DNA of 64,000 bases from Octopus sinensis (Eukaryota), in the NCBI RefSeq assembly GCF_006345805.1, contig NC_043021.1, positions 19,840,001 to 19,904,000 on the forward strand. Direction: 5' to 3'. The notes beneath the pieces are model-generated. The model did not search any database. It saw only the letters and a program-made list of their open reading frames with translations, and had not been told where the DNA came from. Below, in pieces: positions 1 to 11,969 of the stretch. A program made the translations under genes and the position numbers. Each line of letters starts with the position of its first letter. Position 1 is the stretch's first letter.

Positions 1-480
1 CACACTTTCTCACACACACACACACACTCTCTCGCTCTCACACACACTCTCTCTCTCACACACACTCGCTCTCTCATGCACACTCTCTCTCTCACACAGA
101 CACACACTTTCTCACACACACACACACACACACTCCCTCTCCCTCACACACACACACACTCTCTCTCTCTCTCACACACACACACTCGCTCTCTCATGCA
201 CACACTCCCTCTCACACATACACATAAACACACTCTCTCTCTCACAGACACACACACTCTCTCTCACACACACACTCTCTCACACACACTCGCTCCCTCA
301 TGCACACACTCCCTCTCACACACATACACATACACACACTCTCTCTCTCTCACAGACACACACACACACTCTCTCACACACACACACTCTCTCTCACACA
401 CACTCCCTCTCTATATCACACACACTCCCTCTCTATATCACACACACTCCCTCTCTATATCACACACACACACATCCTCC
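1..480. repeat. (CA)n/(CT)n compound microsatellite
   Basis: Direct inspection. Confidence 0.95.
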
Positions 481-746
481 CCCCTCTCCATTGAAATCCA
501 TGCTGTCAGATATCAACTTGCAAAACATAACAAGCCAACTGCTGCTTGCTTTCAGTGCATTGTTGTTTCCCCATGCAATAAAAATATTCTCATTAGATAA
601 CGAGTTTCCAGGTTATTATCCTGATTCACAGCACAGCTATTTGGTCGTTACAATGCAGTCGTTCACATACATTTCCTTCTCTGTTCACTGTTCACCATTT
701 TACGTTCGCTATTCAGCATTTTACATTCACCGTTCAACAGCTCATT

Positions 747-3700
747 TTTCTCTGTTCAGTGTGTCATGTTCTCTGTTCACCACCCTTGTTTATTCTATGT
801 TCATAGTTCACAGCGTTATATTCTTTTCCATTCACATGTTCACCCCCACCTCATATTCTTGCAGTGAGTCTGTTCAGTGTGTCATGTTCTCTGTTCACCA
901 CCCCTGTTTATTCTATGTTCCTAGTTCACAGCCTTATATTGTTTTCCATTCACATGTTCACCCCCACCTCATATTCTTACAGTGAGTCTGTTCAGCGTGT
1001 CATGTTCTCTGTTCACCACCCCTGTTTATTCTATGTTCCTAGTTCACAGCCTTATATTCTTTTCCATTCACATGTTCACCCCCACCTCATATTCTTGCAG
1101 TGAGTCTGTTCAGCGTGTCATGTTCTCTGTTCACCACCCCTGTTTATTCTATGTTCGTAGTTCACAGCCTTATATTCTTTTCCATTCACATGTTCACCCC
1201 CACCTCATATTCTTGCAGTGAGTCTGTTCAGCGTGTCATGTTCTCTGTTCACCACCCCTGTTTATTCTATGTTCGTAGTTCACAGCCTTATATTGTTTTC
1301 CATTCACATGTTCACCCCCACCTCATATTCTTGCAGTGAGTCTGTTCAGCGTGTCATGTTCTCTGTTCACCACCCCTGTTTATTCTATATTCGTAGTTCA
1401 CAGCCTTCTATTGTTTTCCATTCACATGTTCACCCCCACCTCATATTCTTGCAGTGAGTCTGTTCAGCGTGTCATGTTCTCTGTTCACCACCCCTGTTTA
1501 TTCTATGTTCGTAGTTCACAGCCTTATATTGTTTTCCATTCACATGTTCACCCCCACCTCATATTCTTGCAGTGAGTCTGTTCAGCGTGTCATGTTCTCT
1601 GTTCACCACCCCTGTTTATTCTATGTTCCTAGTTCACAGCCTTATATTGTTTTCCATTCACATGTTCACCCCCACCTCATATTCTTGCAGTGAGTCTGTT
1701 CAGCGTGTCATGTTCTCTGTTCACCACCCCTGTTTATTCTATGTTCGTAGTTCACAGCCTTATATTGATTTCCATTCACATGTTCACCCCCACCTCATAT
1801 TCTTGCGGTGAGTCTGTTCAGCGTGTCATGTTCTCTGTTCACCACCCCTGTTTATTCTATGTTCCTAGTTCACAGCCTTATATTGTTTTCCATTCACATG
1901 TTCACCCCCACCTCATATTCTTGCAGTGAGTCTGTTCAGTGTGTCATGTTCTCTGTTCACCACCCCTGTTTATTCTATGTTCCTGGTTCACAGGCTTATA
2001 TTCTTTTCCATTCACATGTTCACCCCCACCTCATATTCTTGCAGTGAGTCTGTTCAGCGTGTCATGTTCTCTGTTCACCACCCCTGTTTATTCTATGTTC
2101 ATAGTTCACAGCCTTATATTCTTTTCCATTCACATGTTCACCCCCACCTCATATTCTTGCAGTGAGTCTGTTCAGTGTGTCATATTCTCTGTTCACCACC
2201 CCTGTTTATTCTATGTTCATAGTTCACAGCCTTATATTCTTTTCCATTCACATGTTCACCCCACCTCATATTCTTGCAGTGAGTCTGTTCAGTGTGTCAT
2301 GTTCTCTGTTCACCACCCCTGTTTATTCTATGTTCATAGTTCACAGCCTTATATTGTTTTCCATTCACATGTTCACCCCCACCTCATATTCTTGCAGTGA
2401 GTCTGTTCAGTGTGTCATGTTCTCTGTTCACCACCCCTGTTTATTCTATGTTCATAGTTCACAGCCTTATATTCTTTTCCATTCACATGTTCACCCCCAC
2501 CTCATATTCTTGCAGTGAATCTGTTCAGTGTGTCATGTTCTCTGTTCACCACCCCTGTTTATTCTATGTTCATAGTTCACAGCCTTATATTCTTTTCCAT
2601 TCACATGTTCACCCCACCTCATATTCTTGCAGTGAGTCTGTTCAGTGTGTCATGTTCTCTGTTCACCACCCCTGTTTATTCTATGTTCATAGTTCACAGC
2701 CTTATATTGATTTCCATTCACATGTTCACCCCCACCTCATATTCTTGCAGTGAGTCTGTTCAGTGTGTCATGTTCTCTGTTCACCACCCCTGTTTATTCT
2801 ATGTTCATAGTTCACAGCCTTATATTGTTTTCCATCCACATGTTCACCCCACCTCATATTCTTGCAGTGAGTCTGTTCAGTGTGTCATGTTATCTGTTCA
2901 CCACTCTTGTTTATTCTATGTTCCTAGTTCACAGCCTTATATTGTTTTCCATTCACATGTTCACCCCACCTCATATTCTTGCAGTGAGTCGGTTCAGTGT
3001 GTCATGTTCTCTGTTCACCACCCTTGTTTATTCTATGTTCATAGTTCACAGCCTTATATTGTTTTCCATTCACATGTTCACCCCACCTCATATTCTTGCA
3101 GTGAGTCTTTTCAGTGTGTCATATTCTCTGTTCACCACCCTTGTTTATTCTATGTTCCTAGTTCACAGCCTTATATTGTTTTCCATTCACATGTTCACCC
3201 CACCTCATATTCTTGCAGTGAGTCTGTTCAGTGTGTCATGTTCTCTGTTCACCACCCTTGTTTATTCTATGTTCATAGTTCACAGCCTTATATTCTTTTC
3301 CATTCACATGTTCACCCCACCTCATATTCTTGCAGTGAGTCTGTTCAGCGTGTCATGTTCTCTGTTCACCACCCCTGTTTATTCTATGTTCATAGTTCAC
3401 AGCCTTATATTCTTTTCCATTCACATGTTCACCCCCACCTCATATTCTTGCAGTGAGTCTGTTCAGCGTGTCATGTTCCCTGTTCACCACCCTTGTTTAT
3501 TCTATGTTCCTAGTTCACAGCCTTATATTCTTTTCAATTCACATGTTCACCCCCACCTCATATTCTTGCAGTGAGTCTGTTCAGCGTGTCATGTTCCCTG
3601 TTCACCACCCTTGTTTATTCTATGTTCATAGTTCACAGCCTTATATTCTTTTCCATTCACATGTTCACCCCCACCTCATATTCTTGCAGTGAGTCTGTTC

Positions 3701-4165
3701 AGTGTGTCATGTTCTCTGTTCACCACCCTTTTTTTATTCTATGTTCATAGTTCACAGCCTTATATTCTTTTCCATTCACATGTTCACCCCCACCTCATAT
3801 TCTTGCAGTGAGTCTGTTCAGCGTGTCATGTTCTCTGTTCACCACCCCTGTTTATTCTATGTTCATAGTTCACAGCCTTATATTCTTTTCCATTCACATG
3901 TTCACGCCCACCTCATATTCTTGCAGTGAGTCTGTTCAGTGTGTCATGTTCTCTGTTCACCACCCCTGTTTATTCTATGTTCATAGTTTACAGCCTTATA
4001 TTCTTTTCCATTCACATGTTCACCCCCACCTCATATTCTTGCAGTGAGTCTGTTCAGCGTGTCATGTTCCCTGTTCACCACCCTTGTTTATTCTATGTTC
4101 ATAGTTCACAGCCTTATATTCTTTTCCATTTACATGTTCACCCCCACCTCATATTCTTGCAGTGA
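747..4165. repeat. 118-bp minisatellite, about 29 copies, some 117-bp variants
   Basis: ORF starts recur every 118 bp. Unit is tctgttcagtgtgtcatgttctctgttcaccacccctg...cctcatattcttgcagtgag. Confidence 0.97.
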
Positions 4166-4183
4166 GCTGGCAGAATTGCTAGC

Positions 4184-4340
4184 AGGAGTGGCTGTGTGGT
4201 AAGAAGCTTGCTTCCCAGTCACATGGTTCCGAGTTCAGTCCCACTACATAGCACCATGGGCAAGTGTCTTCTACTATAGCCTCAGGCCCACCAAAGCCTT
4301 GTGAGTGGATTTGGTAGACGGAAACTGAAAGAAGCCCATC

Positions 4341-4374
<34 letters not shown>

Positions 4375-4578
4375 GTGTGTATTTCTGTGTTTGTCACTCC
4401 ATCTTTGCTTGGCAACCGATGTTGGTGTGTTTATGTCCCTGTAACTTTCAGGGACATAAGAGACCGATTGATTAAGTACCAGGCTTAGAAAGAATAAGTC
4501 TTGGAGTCGATTTGTTTGACTAAAGGCAGCACTCCAGCATGGTCGCAGTCAAATGACTGAAACAAGTAAAAGAAAGGC
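4184..4578 (+). mobile_element. tRNA-derived SINE, family A
   Basis: Head ggagtggctgtgtggtaag (A box) and ggttcagtccc (B box), internal (TA)n(TG)n, tail gtcaaatgactgaaacaagtaaaagag. About 16 copies in the window. Confidence 0.85.
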
Positions 4579-4599
4579 TGGACCAAATGCTTAGCAGCA

Positions 4600-4760
4600 T
4601 TTCTTCTACATTATTTACATTATTTACATTTCACAGATATTTGTCTCTCATCTTGTTTGTTGTTAACACAAAGTTTCGGCTGATATACCCTCCAGCCTTC
4701 ATCAGGTGCATTGGGGAAATTTCGAACCTGGATTTTCATTCCTAAGGTATTTTTCTATGT
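4600..4760 (-). mobile_element. Penelope-like terminal fragment with hammerhead-like motif (4665-4709)
   Basis: Minus strand reads GCAC CTGATGA A GGCTG-loop-CAGCC GAAACTTT GTGTT. Related copies at 5571 and 7781. Confidence 0.6.
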
Positions 4761-4789
4761 TATTATTATTATTATTATTAATATTCATC

Positions 4790-5075
4790 ATCATCATCAT
4801 CATCATCATCGTTTAGTATCCGCTTTCCATGCTGGCATGGGTTGGACGGTGCAACCGGGGTCTGGGAAGCCAGAAAGCTGCACCAGGCCCAGTCTGATCT
4901 GGCAATGTTTCTACGGCTGGATGCCCTTCCTAACGCCAACCACTCCATGAGTGTAGTGGGTGCTTTTTACGTGCCAGACGAGGCTGGCAAACAGCCACGA
5001 TCGGATGGTGCTTTTTACGTGCCACCGGCACGGAGGCCGGGTGAGGCTGGCAAATGGCCATGATTGGATGGTGCT
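4790..5075 (-). mobile_element. SINE family E with (GAT)n tail, RTE-type 3' end
   Basis: aggaagggcatccagccgtagaaac...gcatggaaagcggac-(gat)n. Other copies at 15360, 27150, 34500, 39935, 63001. Confidence 0.75.
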
Positions 5076-5109
5076 TTTACTATTATTATTACTATTATTA
5101 TTATTAGTG

Positions 5110-5442
5110 AAGGCGCATGACTCAGTGGTTAGAGCGTCGAACTTACGTTTGTGAGGTTGTGAGTTCAAATCTCGGACTGGGCTGCGTGTTGTGTTCTTGA
5201 GCAAGACACTTTATTTCACATTGCTCCAGTTGACTCAGCTGTAGAAATGTGTTGTGATATCACTAGTGCCAAGCTGTGTTGGCGTTTGCCTTTCCCTTGG
5301 GTAACACTGGTGGCGTGGAGAGGGGAGGCCTGTATGCATCGACAACTGCTGGTCTTCCATAAACAACCTTGCCCAGGCTTGTGCCTCAGAGGGTAACTTT
5401 CTAGGTGCAATCCCCATTATCATTCGTGACTGACGGGGTCTC
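5110..5442 (+). mobile_element. tRNA-derived SINE, family D
   Basis: ggcgcatgactcagtggttagagcgtcg...gagttcaaatc head. Copies at 24385 (+, variant) and 25243 (-). Confidence 0.8.
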
Positions 5443-5564
5443 CAGCGGCAGCGGCTCATCATCATCATCACCATCATTATTGTTATTATTATTCAGGTCA
5501 TTGCCTGGAATCAAACTCAGAATCTTGGGGTTAGTAGCCCGCGCTCTTAACCACTACACCATAT

Positions 5565-5702
5565 GCCTAAGACACCTGATGAAGGCTGGAGGGTATATCA
5601 GCCGAAATGTTGTGTTAACAACAAACAAGATGAGGATAAATATCCGTCAAATGTAAATAATGTAAATAAAGTACATAATTCCTCATCTCTTAAATATTGA
5701 AC
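5565..5702 (+). mobile_element. Penelope-like terminal fragment with hammerhead-like motif (5571-5616)
   Basis: GACAC CTGATGA A GGCTG GAGGGTATAT CAGCC GAA ATGT T GTGTT. Confidence 0.6.
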
Positions 5703-5864
5703 ATTTCTTCTAGTTTTACATTCTGAGTTCAAATTCACTGAGGTCAACTTTGCCTTTTATCCTTTCAGAGTCAATAAAATAAACATCAGCTAAGCACCGG
5801 GGTGCATCTAATAGACTAGTCACCTCCACCAAAATACCTGGCCTTGTGCCTATTCATCTATTCT

Positions 5865-6520
5865 TTTACTTGTTTCAGTCCTTTGACTGTGGCCATGCTG
5901 AAGCACTGTCTTTAGTCGAGCAAATCGACCCCAGGACTTATTCTTTGTAAGCCCAGTACTTATTCTATCGGTCTCTTTTGCCGAACCACTAAGTTACGAG
6001 GACATAAACACTCCAACATCAGTTGTCAAGCGATGGTGGTGGGGACAAAGACAGACACAAACATACAGACACACACATATATACACACAACGGGCTTCTT
6101 TCAGTTTCCGTCTACCAAATCCACTCGCAAGGTTTTGGTTGTCCCGAGGCTATAGTAGAAGGCACTTGCCCAAGGTGCCATGCAGTAGGACTGAACCCTG
6201 AACCATGTAGTTGGTAAGCAAGCTACTTACCACACAGCTACTCCTGTGCTTATAGTAGAAAAAATTTTATCATTATTCCACTTGACTCAAGTTTGTTTTT
6301 ATTCTTACTCTTTACTCTTTTACTTGTTTCAGTCATTTTGACTGTGGCTATGCTGGAGCACCACCTTTAGTCAAACAAATCGACCTCAGGACTTATCCTT
6401 TGTAAGCCTAGTACTTATTCTATTGGTCTCTTTTGCCAAACCGCTAAGTTATGGGGGCATAAACACACCAGCATCGGTTGTCAAGTGATGTTGGTGACAT
6501 ACACACACACACAGACATAT

Positions 6521-6599
<79 letters not shown>

Positions 6600-6765
6600 T
6601 ATGATGGGCTTCTTTCAGTTTCTGTCTACCAACTCCACTCACAAATCTTTGGTCGGCCCGAGGCTATAGTAGAAGACACTTACCCAAAGTGTCACGCAGT
6701 GGGATTGAACCTGGAACCATGTGGTTGGTAAGCAAGCTACTTATCACACAGCCACTCCTGCACCT
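5865..6765 (-). mobile_element. Two tandem family A SINEs (5865-6247, 6310-6765)
   Basis: Reverse complement of the family A consensus. Confidence 0.85.
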
Positions 6766-6849
6766 ATGAAGAATTTACATGGGTAGCAGGTTCCTAAAAG
6801 TGCGCGCATGTGTATGTGTGTGTGCGCGTGCGTGTGTGCGGGCTTGTAT

Positions 6850-6880
<31 letters not shown>

Positions 6881-7059
6881 CGCGTGCGTGTGTGCGGGCT
6901 TGTATGTGTATGTGTGTGCATGTGTTGCTGTTGTTGTTGTTTAGCAGCACTTGATCAGCTCTAATCAAGTAGACCTTATGACCCAAGGTGTACCGCCCAT
7001 AACCATTCCATCGCATCCCATCCCATCATCCCATGCACCCCTTTCCTTTTCCTGGACAA

Positions 7060-8214
7060 GGGTATCTAAGACCTGTAACCTTTGATAGCCAGAAGCTTTT
7101 AATAACCCTTCAAGTGCTCAAAACCCTTCTGATGATATTTCCTATTCGTAAGAGACAAACTTTCTGTAGAGGCCCTATAAGACATCCCATTCCAGTAGTC
7201 TTCAACTATTTGTCTATATCGTTATTCACAGTCCCTAACGAACCGATTATTACAGGGACAACTATTACTGTTTTCATATTCCAAGTTCTCGCAATTTCAA
7301 ACTTTATGGTATACTCTTTTACTCTTTTACTTGTTTCAGTCATTTGACTGCGGCCATGCTGGAGCACCGCCTTTAGTCGAGCAACTCGACCCCAGCACTT
7401 ATTCTTTTGTAAGCTTAGTACTTATTCTATCGGTTTCTTTTGCCGAACCGCTAAGTAACGGGGACGTAAACACACCAGCATTGGTTGTCAAGCAATGCTA
7501 GGGGGACAAATACAGACACACAAACACACACATGCACATATATATATATATATATACATATATTCGACGGGCTTCTTTCAGTTTCCGTCTACCAAATCCA
7601 CTCACAAGGCTTTGGTCGGCCCGAGGCTATAGCAGAAGACACTTGCCCAAGATGCCACGCAGTGGGACTGAACCCGGAACCATGTGGTTGGTTAGCAAGC
7701 TACTTACCTCACAGCCACTCCTGCGCCTACATTATTTACATTATTTACATTTCACAGATATTTGTCCTCATCTTGTTGTTAACACAAAGTTTCGGCTGAT
7801 ATACCCTCCAGCCTTCATCAGGTGCATTGGGGAAATTTCGAACCTGGGTTTTCATTCGTAAGAGACAAATTTTCTGTAGAGGCTCTATAAGACATCCCAT
7901 TCCAATAGTCTTCAACTATTTGTCTATATCGTTATTCACAGTCCCTAACGAACCGATTAGTACAGGGACAACCATTACTGTTTTCATATTCCAAGTTCTC
8001 GCAATTTCAAACTTTATGGTTATAGTGTATTTTTTGTGATTTTTTTATTTTCTTTCTTTACAATCCTGGTATCAAACGGATACAATGGATCAGTTAGTTA
8101 GCAACTTCGATTTTCCTTGTCTATTATTGTTATGTCTGGTTTATTATTTTCCATCTTTTTATCTGTTTGAATGGGAAAAATCTCATAAAATGTGGCGTTT
8201 TTCCAACACAAGCA

Positions 8215-8215
<1 letters not shown>
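7060..8215 (-). mobile_element. RLE-type non-LTR retrotransposon 3' fragment (R4/Dong-like), partly duplicated and interrupted
   Basis: Minus-strand peptides ...IQTDKKMENNKPDITIIDKENRSC and KFEIARTWNMKTVIVVPVIIGSLGTV...LQKVCLL, with stops. Abuts (ATT)n at 8216. Confidence 0.75.
7316..7728 (-). mobile_element. SINE family A
   Basis: Reverse complement of consensus. Confidence 0.85.
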
Positions 8216-8286
<71 letters not shown>

Positions 8287-8321
8287 GTAATTGATTTTTC
8301 TTTTGTATTTTATCCTTTCAG

Positions 8322-8439
8322 GGAGAAGCGGCCCAAAATCGATGTCAAAGATTACACGATAGCAAATGTTAAAAACACAACCATGGGCCGCATGCCGGGG
8401 ACTGTCGATGGACAGCAGTTTATTATAGAAAAATGCGAG
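8322..8439 (+). CDS. RP2: RP2/XRP2 orthologue, first coding exon visible in window: (W)EKRPKIDVKDYTIANVKNTTMGRMPGTVDGQQFIIEKCE
   Basis: Acceptor tatcctttcAG, donor GTaagt. Peptide matches human RP2 YSWDQREKVDPKDY...VGRLPGTVAGQQFLIQDCE as recalled. The first G probably completes a TG|G Trp codon. Confidence 0.92.
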
Positions 8440-8624
8440 GTAAGTTACTTTCACTTTCGCTTTGAGACCGACATCTTACAGATGGCGCTGTTAATTCTCA
8501 ATCACTCAGAAGGTGAAAGGCAAAGTTGACCTCAGTGAAATTTGAACTGAGGATGTAACAACAGATGAGATACCACTAAGTATTTTTGCCTGGCATGTTA
8601 GTGATTCTGTCAGTTTGCTGCATT

Positions 8625-8690
8625 GATAATAGTGATAATAATAATAATAATAATAATGATAATAATGATAATAATGATAATAATAATAAC

Positions 8691-8737
<47 letters not shown>

Positions 8738-8763
8738 TAATAATAATAATAATAATAATAATG

Positions 8764-8797
<34 letters not shown>

Positions 8798-8882
8798 TAA
8801 TAATAATAATAACAATAATAATGATAATAACAATAATAATGATAAAATAATAATAATAATAATAATAACAATAACAATAATA

Positions 8883-8930
<48 letters not shown>

Positions 8931-9015
8931 TAATAATGATAATAATAATAATAATAATAATAATAAAATGATAATAATAATAATAACAATAATAATGATA
9001 ATAACAATAATAATG

Positions 9016-9056
<41 letters not shown>
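8625..9056. repeat. (AAT)n microsatellite
   Basis: Direct inspection; source of the poly-N/I/Y ORFs. Confidence 0.97.
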
Positions 9057-9058
<2 letters not shown>

Positions 9059-10195
9059 GCAGTGGCTCTCATGGCTTCTGATCTTAACTGATTGGAAGTG
9101 TTATCATGTACATTGTTTTGTCTTGGTATAAAAGATGGGCTACAGCAAATATTCTGCTCAATACCACAGATTTGCTTGTCAGTTGTTTGACTGTAACCAG
9201 TTGAGCATGTCCCTTAGTGGCTGACGATTTGTGCATCTCTGACCACGAGCTGAAGTAGTGGGGGAGCATCATAGCCATGTGTTGAGAGGGATTCTTTGGG
9301 GTTTGAATAATTCACCTCTGGAAATATGGGAATTTTTTTCACCATCCTTAAACAACACTTCTTCAGGGACCTTTTGAGCAGGATGGGCTACTCAATCTGA
9401 AGAAAATTCTAACTGGGCTCCACCTGCAAGGTCATGTGCTGTTTATCTTCATATGAGATCAGCATGTTGCGCACATATGGTTGTGCTGCATGTGCCTGGT
9501 GTACCCTTATCAGACGGGTTGTCATGATGGGTATATTGGGCTTCGTATATTTTACCCCAGTGTCACTTTGATGGCATGAACTGCTCTCTCACTCAATAAT
9601 AATAATAATAATAATAATGATAATAATAATAATAATAATGATAGTAAATGCCCTGATGCAGTACCAGTAACTGAATGGAAGTGTTATCATGTACATGTTT
9701 TGTCTTGGTATAAAAGATGGGCTCTACAGTAAATATTCTGTTCCATACCACAGCTTTGCTTGTCAGTTGTTTGACCATAACCAGTTGACCATGTCCCTTA
9801 GTGGCTGATGATATGTGCATTTCTGATCATGAGCTGGAGAAGTTGGGTAGCATCATAGCCATATGTTGAGAAAAATTCTTTGGGGTTTGAATAATTCATC
9901 CCTGGAAATATGGGAATTTTTTTCACCATCCTTAAACAACACTTCTTCAGGGACCTTTTGAGCAGGATGGGCTACTCAATCTGAAGAAAATTCTAACTGG
10001 GCTCCACCTGCAAGGTCATGTGCTGTTTATCTTCATATGAGGTCTCCATGTTGTGCACATATGGTTGTGATGCATGTGCCTGGTATACCTTTATCAGACG
10101 GGTAGTTCAGATGGTTAGTCCTGATGGGTATACTGGGCTTCCTATCCCAGCATCACTTTGATGGTGTGTGCTGCTCTCTCACTCAATCATAATAG
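9057..10195 (+). mobile_element. Two tandem copies of a ~550-bp (AAT)n-tailed interspersed repeat (family G)
   Basis: 9057-9595 and ~9650-10195 are near-identical. A third copy lies in reverse at 59302-59745. Each ends in gctctctcactc-(aat)n. Confidence 0.8.
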
Positions 10196-10425
10196 TAACT
10201 GGTGCATTTCAAAAGGTAACTTTAAAACTGTTTTATCTTTAAAATTTTCAAAAAGAAAAAGAAGAAAAAAACAAATGGAAAGTTCCAGTATATGCAATGC
10301 ATGCAGTATTTAATTGAATACTATCTCTTTTGCTGAACTGCCAAGTTACAGGAACATAAACAAACCAACAAAGGTTGTCAAGCAGTGGTGGGGCATAAGC
10401 GCAAAGGTTCACACATATGCATGTC

Positions 10426-10712
10426 GAGGCACATGGCCTAGTGATTAGAGCAGCAGGCTCGCAGTCGAAGGATCGCAGGTTCGAATCTCAGACCAGGTGA
10501 TGTGTGTGTTTATGAGCGAAACACCTAAGCGCCACGAGGCAACAGCAGAAGGTAATGACGAACCTCTGCTGATTCTTTTGCCACGACTTTCTCTCATTCT
10601 TTCCTCCTGCATCTTGCAGCTCATCTGCGACGGACCGGCGTCCCGCCCAGGTGGGGATACTATATGCCAAGGAAACCTTATGAGCCAGGCATGGCTCCAG
10701 AAGGAACAAACA
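10426..10712 (+). mobile_element. tRNA-derived SINE, family C
   Basis: ggcacatggcctagtgattagagcagc...ggttcgaatctc head. Copies at 14633 (-), 16040 (-), 22000 (+), 36340 (-). Confidence 0.8.
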
Positions 10713-10737
10713 ACACATATGCATACACACACATACG

Positions 10738-10907
10738 GCCCAGGAGTGGCTGTGTGGTAAGTAGCTTGCTAACCAACCACATGGTTCCGGGTTCAGTCCC
10801 ACTGCGTGGCATCTTGGGCAAGTGTCTTCTGCTATAGCCCCGGGCCGACCGATGACTTGTGAGTGGATTTGGTAGATGGAAACTGAAAGAAGCCTGTCGT
10901 ATATATG

Positions 10908-10938
<31 letters not shown>

Positions 10939-11130
10939 TTGTCCCCCTAGCATTGCTTGACAACCGATGCTGGTGTGTTTACGTCCCTGTCATTTAGCGG
11001 TTCGGCAAAAGAGACCGATAGAATAAGTACTAGGCTTACAAAGAATAATACCCGAGGTCGATTTGCTCGACTAAAGGCGGTGCTCCAGCATGGCCGCAGT
11101 CAAATGACTGAAACAAGTAAAAGAGTAAGA
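10738..11130 (+). mobile_element. SINE family A
   Basis: Consensus match. Confidence 0.85.
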
Positions 11131-11969
11131 GTATACACATACACACATGACGGGCTTCTTTCAGTTTCCGTCAACCAAATCCACTCATAAAGCTTTGGTT
11201 GGTCTGAGGCTATTGTAGAAGACATTTACCCAAGGTGTCATTGTGGTTTTGTGGTTAGATGTTTGCTTCCCAACCACATGGATCCAGGTTCAGTCCCACT
11301 GAGTGGCCCTTTGAGCTAGTGGCTTCTACTGTAGTCTCGGGGCCGACCAAAGCCTTGTGAGTGGAATTGGTAGATGGAAACTGAAAGAAGCCTGCTGTAT
11401 TGTTGTATATATGTATATATATCTATGTGTGTGTGTGTGTTTGTCCCAACCCCCATCATCACTTGACAACTGGCGTTGGTGTGTTTGTGTCTCCTTAACT
11501 TAGTGGTTTGGCAAAAGAGACCGATAGAATAAATACCAGGCTTACTAAGATTGATTCATTCGAATAAAAGTTCAAGGTGGTGCCCCAGCCTGGCCACTGT
11601 CTAATGATTAAAACAGGTAAAAGATAAAAGATATATATATATATTTGTATGTGTGTGTCTCTGTGTCTATGTTTGCGACTCTCCCACCATCACTTGATGA
11701 CTGATGTTGGTGTGTTTACATCCCCGTAAATTAGCGGTTCAGCAAGAGAGACCAATAGAACAAGTACTTGGCTTACAAAACAATAAGTCCTGGGGTCAAT
11801 TCCTTTCGACTAAATCCCTTTAAGGTGGTGCTCCAGCATGGCCACAGTCTATTGACTGACACAAGTAAAAGAGTAAATAGGCACATATTTGTGCAAGTAT
11901 GTTCATAGTTTTTGGCCCTATTAAAGGATCAAGTAATGTTGCCTTAAGGCACAAGCACAGTGGGAAGTT

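Noticed and set aside
491-680. Candidate RP2 first exon
   Set aside because: No MGC myristoylation start or YSW motif. The only TG|GT has a weak donor and unrelated upstream peptide.
2515-3574. 313-aa and 274-aa ORFs
   Set aside because: They are produced by runs of 117-bp (3n) repeat units. All three frames give the same periodic peptides, with no protein-like features.
747-4165. CRISPR-like array
   Set aside because: Contiguous near-identical units with no unique spacers, no cas genes and a eukaryotic context
8506-9072. Poly-N/I/Y/L ORFs, and similar ones at 14919, 17664, 26153, 32375 and 54492
   Set aside because: Trinucleotide and dinucleotide microsatellites
10426-10500. tRNA-like sequence (also at 5110, 22000, 24385)
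   Set aside because: These are SINE heads with A/B boxes that continue into repeat bodies; I saw no complete cloverleaf acceptor stem.
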